Shown piece by piece: positions 1-14,200 of a stretch of 64,000 bases of DNA; the first letter of the stretch is position 1, and every line of letters starts with the position of its first letter. Below the pieces are notes generated by a model. The model saw only the letters and a program-made list of their open reading frames with translations, was not told the DNA's origin and ran no database searches. Origin of the DNA: Rhynchobatus australiae. Taxonomy: Eukaryota. A program made the translations under genes and the position numbers. The stretch covers positions 54,926,034 to 54,990,033 of the forward strand of contig JAUZTB010000118.1 of NCBI GenBank assembly GCA_034780895.1. Direction: 5' to 3'.

Positions 1-3000
1 GAAAGGATAATCAACATCTGCCACTGTGCTAATTGATTTCTGTGGGAAAACTCAAGATATGGGTTCAGTGAGCTTTCTTCATCACTGGATTTTCAGCAAT
101 GGAATAGGATAACACATCATAACCCAAAGAGTCCACAGAAAACACCTTTCTTTAAATACACTTTTTCTGCATCCTTTTAACTGTATACTCAAACCTGAAG
201 GATTAATGATTAACTTGCATTTGCTGAAGAGCTGATGGCATCATGCATCAATTAAACACAACTCTTTGGTTACCAGCCACCCAGTCAAAAGGGAGAGAGT
301 GTAAAGTGTCTCTATATGGGCATCCAGTGATTGATATGCTAATATAGTTTCAACATTGCAATCACATCTGTTAACAATGAAAAATGGTAAGCATTTTATG
401 TTGCTATCTGAAATGAATGATTTACAGGAGTGATTAGGCAACTTCTATTAAAACCTTGAATACCCCATGATCAAGAGTTTAAAAATCTATTAAATTTCAC
501 TACTAACCAAATCTATTTCAACCTTCTGTTCTAAAGATTTATCAAGTACAGAAATTGAGCATTACCCCAAGCACTTTCAGTTATAACACTCTGACTTAAA
601 ACCACCAAGTCATATTGCCATACAACATTCAAGACAAAACCAAGTGTTTTGAACAGGAAAGCCGTGAGCCTCAAGAGTGAAAATGTCCAGAAATACACTT
701 ATAAGTTCACCTTTTTATGTAGAAATTTTCTCGTTAATTTTAATGAAGTGTTAGCAATAACACAACTCTTGGTAAACTATGGTAATGCCACTAGTTGCCA
801 TTACTCTATACATAAGGCGTCAATAATGGGCAAAGGTTTCTATGCTTTTCTGAGCAGCTCCATCAGTGCCAATGCATCTAACAAAACCAATAATCACATA
901 ACACAAGTGCATTGCAATTTCCAAAACAGTATACATACACAAAACATTCTACTGAATTGTAGTTTCACCATTTGAAAGTGCAGAATTTGTTACCTCTATG
1001 TAACTGTGGCACAAATATAGGATTTTGACCAAGTTTCCTCATGGATCATCCATCTGTAACATAGTGGAAAGATCAATGCAAGATTGTTGAAACAACAACA
1101 ACAAAGCCTACTTTGAATCCCACTGATCCAAGAAAATCCCGTAGCAAGCGCGAAATAGATTTTCAAGCCAGTTGCTTGGTTACCAGGGATTCTACACAAG
1201 GGTCTTGAGCTCAAATTCTAGGCTGATACTGGATTACATGACCGAGGTTTACATGCTCTGGTTTAGAATTTAAACAAAAGGCCCCGTCTTCCCCCTTGCA
1301 TAAGTATAAAACAAATCTCAATACACTACCTTAAAAGGGTGTAGAGAAGTTGATAATATATTTATCCCTCAAGAAACAGATCAAATGACTCACAAGTCAT
1401 TTGCACATTCCCATTGTGTGGAACTTTTCTCTGCATTAACCTGGCTGCCATATTTTCTGCATAACAACAATGGTACTTCAAGGTGGTTCATTGATAAGGA
1501 CATTGGGGACATTCCAAGGTTGTGAAAGGTTATGTCAGAGAAGCCTGGCCTCCTTTGAGGATTTTGATGCATCAATTTACTTGAGTTTCCATATAAAACA
1601 TTGGATTTTTCTATATGGAATGGAGAGGATTTTGAAAAATAATTACATCTTTCAAACTGTTAAAGAGAATTTCTTTTCCTCCAACTACACCAGAGATGAG
1701 AGCTTTTACAAACTGAGGTACTGAAAATCAAGTGAAAGTCAATGGGATTAAAATGTAGTCTACAATTTTCTCAGGCTNNNNNNNNNNNNNNNNNNNNNNN
1801 NNNNNNNNNNNNNNNNNNNNNNNNNNNNNNNNNNNNNNNNNNNNNNNNNNNNNNNNNNNNNNNNNNNNNNNNNNNNNNNNNNNNNNNNNNNNNNNNNNNN
1901 NNNNNNNNNNNNNNNNNNNNNNNNNNNNNNNNNNNNNNNNNNNNNNNNNNNNNNNNNNNNNNNNNNNNNNNNNNNNNNNNNNNNNNNNGGAGAGCAGTAG
2001 CCAATCTGTGGATAGACAGTCCGAACGTCTGACCATCTTCTATTAGGTAGGTACTCAATTTTTCTTGGTGTCTCACAAATCCCTCCCCAATATTGCTCAA
2101 GCTCCCTGATGCATCCCACCTCATCAAGCTCCCCAAAGACCCCAATGCTGTCAAGACCAACTTCACTTCTTTCCTCCAACCTTTGAGTATTTGATGCAGA
2201 TATTGGGTGCTTAGAATAGGGAGATTCTATTACCTACACATCCTGCCTCATCAATGGGTGTACACTGAATTTTTTCCCAACTTTGGTGTGGGAATGCCAA
2301 ATTAACCATTTGTCCCAGGTGAGACAGTGGGCTTTAACAACATTCAGAACCTAGGTTCATATCTCAGCTGCTGAGATGGAACAAGAATCATCTCCTTTAG
2401 CTGCAAAGATCAGTGAAACTGACTAGATTTTTCACAACTAGTTCCATTTGAGCACTGGTCATCAGCAACAAACTGATACTAAAAGAAAGGAAGAACTGGC
2501 AATCCAAACACACAATGTAGGGTGCGGAAAATTGCCAGTTTGGTCTAACAGGGCAACTCTTGAGCTTGGGTGCATTTGTGATATACTGCTGTGGACAGGG
2601 AGTTTGAGTACTGATGCTGACAATGGGTGCTTAGAATAGGAAGACTCCACTCCCTATGAATTAAGCTTCATTGACCAGGTTCAGAACAAGATGTACATTT
2701 CATAAATCTCTAATCACACAGTATTTGGTCACATTTCATCTTACCTCCCAAACCAAAAACTTCTCCATTTCCACACAATAAAACTTCAACTTCCCTGGTG
2801 CACCATCTCTTTAATTTTAGAATCCAAGCAAGCTCATATTCTGCACAATGTACCGAATCATGTCCATTTTCACTTCCCATTCTAACCTCAGATATTTTGT
2901 CAGCTGTCTTGATAAGAGAATTAGAAAACATCAGAATAGTAAACCCTTGAGGAACTCCAATTTACAGGATGCTAAACAAAACATTTCACCAAAAAGGTAA

Positions 3001-6000
3001 CCATGTAGGTTGTAATGAAGAGTGACTCACAAGCTTTCCAGCAGCCACTGGAAGAGTGTCCAGTACTTGTTCCCTTCACACCTGCAGTACTCATAATATT
3101 TTACATGAACTATGTAAACTAGAATACAATTTCCAGAAATATTGGGTACTGGTTTCTTTCACCTGAAGAATGGGGAGGGGTGGGAAAAGGAAGAACTGTG
3201 GCTCCAAAGGACATTGGTATCAAGGGTTTGCACATCACCCAGCAGTTTTCAGACCTGTAGAAGACAGACCAATTAGTGCAAAGTAGGACTTACATTTCTT
3301 CCAGGAAAGAGAGGCCAATGTTCCCTTTGATCACTCACACAGTTATAAAAAGGAAAGAATCAGATTCAAAGTAGACACATAATTTTAAGAGCTAGCAGAT
3401 AAAAAAAAACTATACAGTGCATTGCTAATACTCAATATTACTGCTAGAAGATCCATCAGGGACATGTCCAAGATGCTCCTAGTTTTATTAAAGTTACTTT
3501 TAAAAAACAAAGTTTTACAAGTACCTATCTGGCATTGAGAGCCATTTGTTTATCTTAATTCCAATAAAACGTGCAAACCACAATATATTTCAGTCACACA
3601 TTGTTAACTCAAAATCTAGTGCCCGTCTGGTAGCCAGATGTGGTAATCTTTTTGAATGCAAATCACTGAAAAAAGCATAACCATTCTAGGACATGGCAAA
3701 AGAAAACCAGGGCATTCCTAAAGTATAATTTATAAGTAATCATACAAATCCAAGCCAAAGGAGACATTTTAAATTGAAAAATACCTGCATGTGTGGCATC
3801 ATATTCACCACAGCTACTTTGCAAAAGACAGCAGTGCTCCCCCAACTTGAAAGCACAAAGTCAGGTAGAAATATGACATGTACATTTGAATGAGTCTCAG
3901 TGCAGTGCCTACACTGCAGCAGATAGGGATTAGCCAGAGAGCAAGCACTGCAGTAAGCATGATGTAATAAAATATCCAACCTCCTCTGTTGGCTGCAAAC
4001 ATTTGGTGCAATTCAAGGCAGCCTTTAGTGACTTAAACTGCAAGTTCACATTGAACATAAAAATCTCATTGAAATTAAATAGAGCAGAACTTGCAGTAAG
4101 CACACTACAGACAAGTGAAAGAAATTCATTTTGCCTGCCAGCAACAGCAGATTAATTCAGTAGAAACTACTAATCAATGATTTGTGAACATAACTGGCAG
4201 TTGTGAAATTATACAGAAGTCTTTTGCAGGCAACTGGGATGGTATCTCCCTTTATGTTAAAAGGATGATCATCTAAAACAAGTCACTTTGAAAATGAAGT
4301 ATATGGTACGTTCACCTAAAANNNNNNNNNNNNNNNNTATCAGAAACATTTAAGATTCCATTCAAACCCATTCACATAGCACTGGGTAGCCCAACAAGCT
4401 AAAATTATGTTGACAAAATGCTGCATCTTGGAGATATCAAAAACAAATTCAGAAGCCTTAAGCTGAAGAGTTGTCAATGCAATGGAAGCTTACCATTACT
4501 TTGTGCTCATAGGGTATGTTTAACAACTTCACTCATCTTCCTCTACCTTCCAAATCACTTGAGTTTTAATTCTTAAACTAATGTTAATCATTGTCTGCAT
4601 CTGCTCAGTGCCAAACTAATAAAACCCCCAGATATTTGTAAAATAGCTGATCACCATAAACCAAGCAATCTTTAAAAGTGTAAATAGCCATGTGAATTGC
4701 TGCTCCTTTGTAAAGAAATTCAGTGAATAAAGCAACTTCCCCATACTTTACAACATTTTTGCATTTATTGCATATTCAAGAACACACACATGGATCTTTT
4801 GGAAAAGAATCAGTACTGTCACCTCTGGGTTTGCTGTTGGGAACCATCACAAGTTCTTTCATACCACAGTTCAGAACAGCCCACCTTATTTTGCAAGGCA
4901 GCCTGGAAGTAACCTCACACAGTGAAAGGAAACCAGATTACCACCTCAATGTTGGCAGACAGACAATCTGGCCTACACCAGGACGTGTTGAGTTCCAACT
5001 TCCTGCAAAAGTGATCAGAAAACCATTGTTACCTTCAGCTTACCAGCTCAAATGGAGGTCATCCAGATCCTGATGCACGCCATGCATGGGAGGCTGCAAA
5101 TAAATTCTAAATGGAGCCAAATTATGCAGAATCCTCAAATACTTCTACTGACCAGACTTCAGGGGCAAGATCAGTGAAGTAGCAGCTGAATGATAAACTA
5201 AGCCAAAAGTTAATCCTGCTGTGTTTATGGACTCTGACAAATGCCCCCTAACAGTCAAAGCAATTTCCCCTTAGCCAAGGATGAGTCCAGCCATTGGGTT
5301 TTCTTCCAGACCTACCAACAGAGCTTCATAGGTTCCTGAACTAAACTATAAAGAAATTGAATTACTGAGTTCCAAAACAAAACCTATCAAAATGTGGAAC
5401 AGCATCAGCAAAGGCAAAACAGAAAAAATATTCAGGTCTGATGAAGGGTCATTGACCTTTTTTCATTAACTGTTTCCTACCCATTGATGCTGCCTTACCT
5501 GATGAGTTAGTTTTTAAAACTTGGTTTTTATTTGCACTTGCAGTTTTGTTCATTTTTGATTCATGAAATGGCAGCTGTTCTGTGGAATGATTTTTGTTGT
5601 AATGGAAATAGGAGAGATAACTTGTAGGATTGTTAACATTTTCCCATCGAAATTTATATATTTGCATGGAATTGAAAAAGTGGCTCAGTCATTTTTACAA
5701 TGCTAAATTACATAAAAATCCTCTAACCCTTCAAACAACAGAACATCTAATCTCTTACAAAAATCAATCCTTTAATTATTTAAAATTAATTTAAAAATCT
5801 TAAATTGGAATGGGATCAGGCCTAAGAAATACATTCCATTTAAAAGGTATTCCAATTTCATTATTGCAAGTACAGAAAACTGAATCATTTTATTTAAATA
5901 ATTTGGAATTCAAAAAATGAAAATTATGGTTGCTGCTGCTGCCTGGTTTGTATTTAAGAAATAATGATACCAAACTGTGAATATCACATACAATTAAGTA

Positions 6001-7399
6001 GTATTTGCCAATGATAAAAATCAAAACTGCAGATAAAACAAATTATAGATTGTCCTATACAGATATCAATGCATTTTAAAAAATTTTACTTTTGGCTTAG
6101 ATGAAGTGAATCGTTACGGTAAATTAGAGACAATTATTGTACTAATGCTCATTTAAAACAAAAATATGGTCTGAAGTTACACAATCCGGTTTCCAAACCA
6201 TCCACTGAGGACAGAGGAACTGAATAGAAGCTACAACAGACAAGAGACACTTAAATTGGGAAACATGAAGTGTGCTGGTTGCTTACAGGATGCAGACTGC
6301 TGGATTAAAATTCAAGGACAAAAACAATCCAAAAAAGTAAACCAAAATTATCTGAAAAGGGAAAAAACAGGTTGATTTAGCAAACCAATAGAAGTTGTTA
6401 AATATCATCCCTGCGAAAAACTATTTTTTCCCCTCCACAAGGGTTCAATCATACAAAGATTTGAAATAAATACCCTTCTCCCACCTGCACACCATCCCAC
6501 TCATGTAAAAAGGTCCACAAGACCAAGAATTTTGACTTTTGCAGAAAAAGCATCATCCTAGTTAGATTTATAGAAAAGATTAAACTTTGCATTTCATCTG
6601 TTCCAAGGAGGGGCTGATAAATATTATATTCTTGTATGAAGATCTGTTCAAACAAATCAAGGATGAAAAGCAAACCCCATGAACAATATGTAGAAAACTG
6701 GAGTGGCTTCCAAATAAGAGCTGCTTCCCAAATAGCAATGTGATTTTCACCCATCAATAAAAGTGAATGGACATGATCTTCACCTTGTATCAATGCCAAG
6801 AAAAAAAATGCAGCAAATAGCTCAACCATCATACAGAGCCTTTGATTGTTAATTGAGCTGAAGTGGAGAATCCTTGTCAAATTTGGTCGCCCTGAGAAAT
6901 TAGTCTTGATTCAACACCTGCTACATGAATTCAATCATTTACTTCAATTTTTCTTGCATCTCACGAATTAATAAGTAGCCTGCTGGTGAAACTAATCATT
7001 AGGATGTATAAGAAACTGTTTAACCTACATCTCTTTTGCTCCAGAACCTCAAAAAAATCAAGCTGCAATACACAGTCAACACTAGTGTTGGAGTGTATCC
7101 AGAGCAGAGCTCCGAGTCATCATTAATTTATTCACTAAAACATTTAAGATAATGGGCCTTACACCTACCATATGCAAGAAAACAAAGGTTCTCCATCAAC
7201 CTGCCCTTCTGTACACCACCCACTAACAACAAGGCCCACAACAAGACCCTGGAAAACATACCACAGAAGCCACCTCTCAGTCAAGGCAGTGATCCACAAT
7301 GACATTCCCCATCACTGGTGAAGGCTACCCAAAAGAAAAGTGTGTTCAAAGATCAAGACCTCAAACCTGATGCAAAGTTCAAGGTAATCATGGATTTTT

Positions 7400-8775
7400 G
7401 CATCTTAGTCAGTCACGGATGAGGTATCAGAAGACAGCTAATGTTGTCCCCTTTTTCCAAAAAGGGTAGTAGGGATAAGACTGGAAACTACACAGTGAGC
7501 CTTCCATCAATGGAATGGTAGTTATTGAAGATTATAAAAGGGATAATATTTATGCTCACTTGGAAAAGGCAAGGACTGATTAGGAGGAATAAGAATGGTT
7601 TTGTGCAGGGGAGATCACGTCTCACAAATCTGATTGTGTTTTTGGTTGGCAGCAAAAGAGGTGGATGAAGGGCGGGCAATAGATATTGTCTATATGGAAT
7701 TTAGGCTTCGGACAAGGTCCTGCATTGGAGGCTGGTCCAGAAGGTTAAAGGCACAAATCACCCAAGACATAAGTGAACTGAATCCAAAATTTGACTGGGT
7801 GATAGGAGGCAGAAATTTGTGGTGAATTGGTGTTTTTACTGACTGGAGATCTGTAACAAATGGTATACTACAGGGATTGGTGCTGGGACCTTTAAGTTTA
7901 CAGACAACACAAAAATTGGAGTAGAAGATTGTTTCAAGATACAGTGGGACATAGATCAACTAGAAAGTTGGGCAGAGCAGTGGCACATGGAATTTAACCC
8001 AGACAAGTGCAAGGTCGTACATTTTGGGAGGAAATATTTTACAGAATAAATGACAGGGAACTCAGGAGCACTGATAGAGAGAGACCTTGGGATGCAAATC
8101 CATTGCTCCCCAAAAGGAGTCACACACGGATAAAGGGAGTTAAAAAGGCATTTAATATGCTTCCCTTCTTAGGCTGACGCACTGAGTATAATAGTTGGGA
8201 CATTATGTTGCAGTTATACAAAACACTGATGAGATAGCACTCAAGTATTATATATAGTTCTGGTCACCACACCACCGGAAGGATGTGGTAGCAATACAGA
8301 GTGTGCAGAAGAAATTCACCAGGATATTACCTGGAATGGAGGACTGTAGTTACAAGGAGGCATTGAATAAGCTGGGCTTATTCTCACTGGAATGTAGGAA
8401 GGTGAGGGTGACTTTATAGAGCTTTACAAAATTATGAGAGGCATAAACAGGACTGAGAGAATCTTATTCCCAGGGCAGGGGAGCTTAGAACAAGAGGGCA
8501 CAGGTTTAAAGTGAAAGGGGAGAAATTTTAGGGATATCCAAGGGGGTAAATTTTCCCCCAGAGCATTCAGAAATTCTGAATATTTAGAATGAACTGCCAA
8601 GGAGGTAGTGGAGACACCTCCTTGCTACTAATATAACATTAAAAGGCATTTGGACAGGTACTTGGATAAGAAAGGAGTACTGAGATATGGGCCTAAAATA
8701 GGCAAATAGGATCAGTGTAGACAGGCATCATGGTTGGCACAGACAAGGTGGGCAGTATATTTTTATGATTCTGTT
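7400..8775 (+). mobile_element. Degenerate CR1/HER1-type LINE, RT region to 3' end
   Basis: Remnant motifs: ANVVPxFxKG (gctaatgttgtccccttttt), GRSRLTNL, QGLVLGP, WAEQWHMEFNPDKCKVVHFG, RTRGHRFKVKG; CR1 3' UTR; many stops and frameshifts. Confidence 0.9.
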
Positions 8776-10499
8776 TCTAATGGTCCAAAGGGCAACATTA
8801 ATCCTATATACTTCAGAGACATAGACTGCCTCTGCCAGCTCAACAACATCATCCTAATCAATTGGCAAGTTAAGCAAACCAAGGTCAGTCTTGTCTCCCA
8901 GGGCAACATCCCAACATAGAGCCTCAAATTGTACACTGCTGGCTGCAATGGGCAAGCCACACCTTTGTATGGCCAACATCAGACTCCCAAAACAGACAAT
9001 AGTTCCCTCACAGCAAGAAAATGAGGAAAAGGCATATGCTCTCAAATCTTCCTCGAAATAAAAATGACACCTCCATTAATTAGTATGGGTTCTTGGCGAT
9101 TGACAACTCAAGATAGAGAAGGAGAACATAGGACAACGTGGAGAACAATGTCTCTTTGGTCGAGAACTTTCAGGCACCTAGTGAAAGGAAGTGTTCCACC
9201 TCCCATGCTACCTACTGCATCAAGTGCCCCCTCGCCCACCTGTGGCAGAGCTTGTGGATTCCACAATGATCACATCAGCCACTTCAGTACGCAGAGGCAG
9301 TGATGGTGAGGAGCAAGAAAAGGATTGCTTTCAACACCCACCTTCACACTATACTACCCCTCCTCCATTTTGAGCAGTTGTAAGCCCTGAGGCACATCAC
9401 TGCATTTACTTGATTACTGTGGATCCTCCCTACACATGACCAGTGGCCATCTCCTCCTACTGATCAACTGGTACTTCCTACCAGCATCATCCAAGGCACA
9501 CTTGGCAATGAGAAACCAAGGACTAGGAGTTAAAACATCGTCAAATGTTTATCTGAATCTTTGTAAACCCTTTTATGGGCACCCAAATCATGAGAACAAA
9601 TGTGTTTACATTCATCACCACCACCACTATGTGAAAACAAGGAAGTACTCATAAAAACCAGTATAATGGATGTCTAGCAATCAACTCTCAACATAAAATA
9701 TCAATTGTTTACATTAGTTATATTTTCCAAAGCTTTTAACCACTTACTTCATTTCAATTTTTCCAAGGCAAATTTCCTTCATGACTTTGGTTCAGTCTAA
9801 ATGTACTTTTANNNNNNNNNNNNNNNNNNNNNNNNNNNNNNNNNNNNNNNNNNNNNNNNNNNNNNNNNNNNNNNNNNNNNNNNNATTTCTTATCCTCTTA
9901 AAAACTAAAGGTCCAGCCAACTTTACATACTTCTCTCACCAACATAGTATCTTTCATATTTCTGAACATAATCCAAGGAAAAGCTCACAGCCTAATGGAT
10001 AATTTCCCCCTTGTACAAGGAAATGTTATTTTATAGTTTGGAAAAAATTAATAGATTCCTATAACGATACAAGTCAGACTACCGTCTTAGAATATCACCT
10101 GAAAGCAAGTCAGACCCCAAAGAAGGTACCAATATGATCCAGCTCTATTTTACCAATACCCTTCCTCCCTTAAGCTGGTTGGGCAATCGTCACAGTTTAT
10201 GGACAAATTCAGAGATGAGCAGAAATTTTCTCTAAACAAATACAAGGTCTGATGCCATTGTCCTTGGGCCCAGCCATAAACTGCATTTTCCCTGCCTTCA
10301 ATTCCAACTTTACCTGGGTAACAGAGAGTGGAATAAACAAGTGACAATATCATATTAACCACCCGTTTCATCATCAAAAGTGCTTTTGTCTCCATACCCC
10401 AAAGCATGGGCTACTGATTACCTGTAGACTTGATTATTCAAAAGTAACGAATTCATTGGAAACATTACTGTCCACAACTTAACACACCAAAACCTATTC

Positions 10500-10830
10500 A
10501 CCACTTGCCTTGGGCTCACTGGCCTACAGAGACTACTGGTTATACAATGACACCAATCATAAAATTCTTGCTTTCAAATCCCTTGGGTCTTGCCCAGTCA
10601 CCTCCAGGCTTAGAACCTTGTATCTCACTACTCCAATGCACTCCCAAATTAACTCACTTCACCAGCTCATTCATTCAATCACCAAGACCACAAACTCTAC
10701 AATTCTTTTCTTAAACTTCTCCACCTCCATGACACTCCTTAAAATTTAGCTTTGTCCAAGCCATTGGTCACCTGCCCAACCATTTTCATTGGTGGCTTGG
10801 TGTCTTAGCTTGTATTTTCTATGTGAAAGC
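10500..10830 (+). mobile_element. Degenerate L2-type LINE 3' end
   Basis: 'taaaattcttgctttcaaatccc...gacactccttaaaatttagctttgtccaagccattggtcacctgccc' resembles chondrichthyan L2 3' ends. Confidence 0.6.
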
Positions 10831-10957
10831 TGACAAATTCAACATGTTATCAGAACTGATGATTTAAGAAACATGGATCACTCTGGCTGGCTCTTATTGC
10901 TTTTGAGGATTTCTAACACTATCAACTCAAGCTGTCCAAAGGGTTTTAAAAAACATG

Positions 10958-11250
10958 AATTAAGATATCTTTATTAGTCACATGTACATCGAAACACAGT
11001 GAAACGCACCTTGTGTAGAGTGTTTGGGGGCAACCCACAAGTGTTGCCACGCTTCTGGCACCAACATTGCATGCCCACAACTTCCTAACCTGTATGTCTT
11101 TTTTGAATGTGGGAGGAAACTGGAGCACCCAGAGGAAACCCACACAGACACAGGGAGAATGTACAAACTCCTTAGAGACATCAGCTGGAATTGGACCTGG
11201 GTCGCTGGCGCTGTAATAGCATTACGCTAACCACTACACTACTGTGCATG
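10958..11250 (-). mobile_element. tRNA-derived SINE (HE1/V-SINE-like), near full length
   Basis: V-domain 'tgtgggaggaaactggagcacccagaggaaacccacacagacacagggagaatgtacaaactcc'; tRNA-like head with A/B-box remnants at 11185-11248. Confidence 0.88.
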
Positions 11251-14200
11251 GCAATGATTAAGAACAAAAGAACACTCACCCAAAACAGCAAATAAGTGAC
11301 ATTTTCCAGGGTCTCTATAGTAGTAGTGGTTATGGAGACAGAAATTGAGTAGTACATAAGAACTCTCTAACATCAAGAAGGTACTGTCACATCAGTCTGA
11401 CAAAGCTCATTAGGGCCTTTTTATAGGCATTTCATTGGTAAAATACAACAATGCAGTCACATTTATCCAAATAGGGATCAAATGTTCAAATCAAAACCAA
11501 AGTTTGAACTCCCAACACAACATTTTTGTATTTCCAGTGTCATTTATGCTATTCAATAAGAATTTGTAACATCTTAGCCCACAATTCCAAATTGTGAGCA
11601 CACTGCAGCAAGTCTTGTTTACGCTTATACTTCACTTCCTTTGTAATGAGATCAACAGCTGCTTTCCCCAATTCATGTTAATTTTGAGATGTGTCCAAAG
11701 ACTGCCAGCTTCCTCTGAATGCCATAATTTCCAAACATTTTTCCAAAAAGTGTCCACTTTTCCATTGATGCTTAAATTACACATTTCTCCACACATTTCA
11801 ACTGTCACTTTCAAATGCACTTTTTCTTAAAAATCTGTCCAAATTCTGACACAACCTCCCTTTGCCCATTTCATAGTCTAGTTTTCAACTTAGGCTTGGT
11901 AAATTTGAATATATTTTATGTGGGCACCCTCAACTAACTCATTGCTACAAACTGAAACAGCACTTATCCTTGTAGTGACACAAGAGACTGCAGATACCAG
12001 AAATCTGAAGAAACACAAAGAACAATCCTTGTGGTGGTACTCTAGTTTCAGCCTGCCATTCCAAAAGGTGGTGTACTTTTTCTACACTGTTTTCATTCCA
12101 ATGATCAATCCTTATTCTGTAACAAAGTGGGATAATCATTTGACAATATTCAGTTTTGATACAACCTTTTCTGATATTTTTAAAATCTCATCTGCCACAC
12201 AAGTTGCATTAAACAGTTCTTGAGTTAGCATTTGACACATTGAGGTTTTATCTTGCTTGAGTAAATCAAGTTTTTACTTGATCCAATTCAGATTTCCTTG
12301 CTCTTTAACCATGATTTAGGCATCTTCTCTATTCACTTCAGGCTTGCTTGCTATTTTCTCTCACCCTTCTATCCAAAATTGAGCAAGTACATTTGTTACC
12401 TTCCAGCAAAGGCCACAAAACAGGACAAACAAAAACCTTTCCTTTGAGTTAAGGGGGAAAATTCTGCTGCGTTGCAGCTACGATGTTGGGTAATACAATT
12501 TTTAGTGGACAAGTCTTGCTTAACTTAAACTCGAAATTCTTCTGGAAACAACCAAAATTGAAATCAAGAGAATCTTAATTTCTGACAATTTTTGTGACCA
12601 AATACAGTTCTAACAGCATTCTATGAAGGTGTGTGAAAAACAAAAGTAAAAATTCAGCAGCCAATCTGCACGGTACATGGTCTCAAAAAGCCAATGAATA
12701 CATAACTAATCTGTTTTGCCAATGTTCACCGAGGGAGGAATGCTTGGTATGAAACCAGAACAACAGAGTTCTCCTTCTAATAATGCCACAGGACTTCTTG
12801 CTTTGGAGCAGACAGGCCAGTCCTCTGTTCAACAATTTCAAAAAGAGACCATACCGACAAGTTTTCAAGAACTGCACAGAAATGGGTTAGATACACAAGT
12901 CTGCAGCGGGACAGGTCCCTCACTTCTTTGTTCAGTTAGTCGATCTTTCTCCACCTCTAATTCCTCTCTTAAAAGTTCTTTTGTCACCTGAACTATAGCT
13001 CTTATTTCAGNNNNNNNNNNNNNNNNNNNNNNNNNNNNNNNNNNNNNNNCAGAACATACTGCTAAAAAATAAAAGGCACTATGAAAGTTAGTGTGATATT
13101 TCAAGCATAAATGTAGTTTAAGTTGGTATGTTTAAAATCTGCATTTAGATTTAAAATCCAGAAAAAAAAATAATAAAATGTTCTACAGCTTTCCCAGATA
13201 ATTTTAGGTGGAAAAGTGCAAGAAAATGCAGGCAAGCTTGGAGCAAGTATGCTGAATGGTGTAATACTTAGATTTTCAAACTGGAGATCATACAGGAGAG
13301 AGAAAAGACAGGCAAGTCTTCTTGTATATAAAACTAGAGATGGAAGACATTATACATATCATTCTTATTCATTGTCCATACCTACAGTGGAAGAACAATT
13401 TCTCTCGAAGAAGTGAAATGCACTATAAATTTGGGTACTGATATTTGGTTTCGTCCCATTTGCATTCCCAAAGATTTGGGAGTGTGGCTTGGACAAAAAA
13501 ATCAAACCCGAATTACTCTGGTATACACAATCTAATCAAAGCAAAAGCTTTCCATTTTATCTCCAAAAGAGATGGAGGATTGGATTTTTTCTTTTCAGAG
13601 CGAACATCTGCAATTAAATTGTTGCTGAAAGTGCCATCCTTCACATGATACTTTTTGTCAGNNNNNNNNNNNNNNNNNNNNNNNNNNNNNNNNNNNNNNN
13701 NNNNNNNNNNNNNNNNNNNNNNNNNNNNNNNNNNNNNNNNNNNNNNNNNNNNNNNNNNNNNNNNNNNNNNNNNNNNNNNNNNNNNNNNNNNNNNNNNNNN
13801 NNNNNNNNNNNNNNNNNNNNNNNNNNNNNNNNNNNNNNNNNNNNNNNNNNNNNNNNNNNNNNNNNNNNNNNNNNNNNNNNNNCCATAAACAATGAGGCCT
13901 CTAGCATCTGCTCATCCAACACCGTGCCCCCACCCCCCAAGCTGGTTCAATACTTCTGCACTGCAATATGTAGAATGAGATAAGGTTGACCTCGGAATAG
14001 CAGCTAGTTTGTGATTCTCGACAGGATGACTGGAAAAAGCCATGTTTCAGGCCTTTGAAAATCTTAGAGATTTTAAACTGGGGAGGTATTTCAAAGGAAA
14101 ACCATGTAAAAACTGGGCAAGCCTCATTTTTAAGCAGCATCACACCAAGAATCATATCAAGGCCCAAGAAAATGTGAAGAAACATACTAGAATATTACTG

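Noticed and set aside
4360-4432. Minus-strand KMQHFVNIILACWATQ, checked as the QRFPR TM6 exon (CWAPF)
   Set aside because: Lacks the Pro of CWxP and the KKKRA lead-in; not convincing.
6449-6880. 143-aa hydrophobic minus-strand ORF
   Set aside because: No recognisable domain; hydrophobicity follows from the T-rich strand; no exon structure.
11185-11250. tRNA-like A/B-box sequence
   Set aside because: It is the head of a SINE, not an intact tRNA gene.
12865-13010. Coiled-coil-looking peptide VTKELLREELEVEKDRLTEQ considered as a KANK1 exon
   Set aside because: Only superficial likeness to KANK1 (VTKTLMETRRRLEQER); it ends in a stop and lacks the KN motif.
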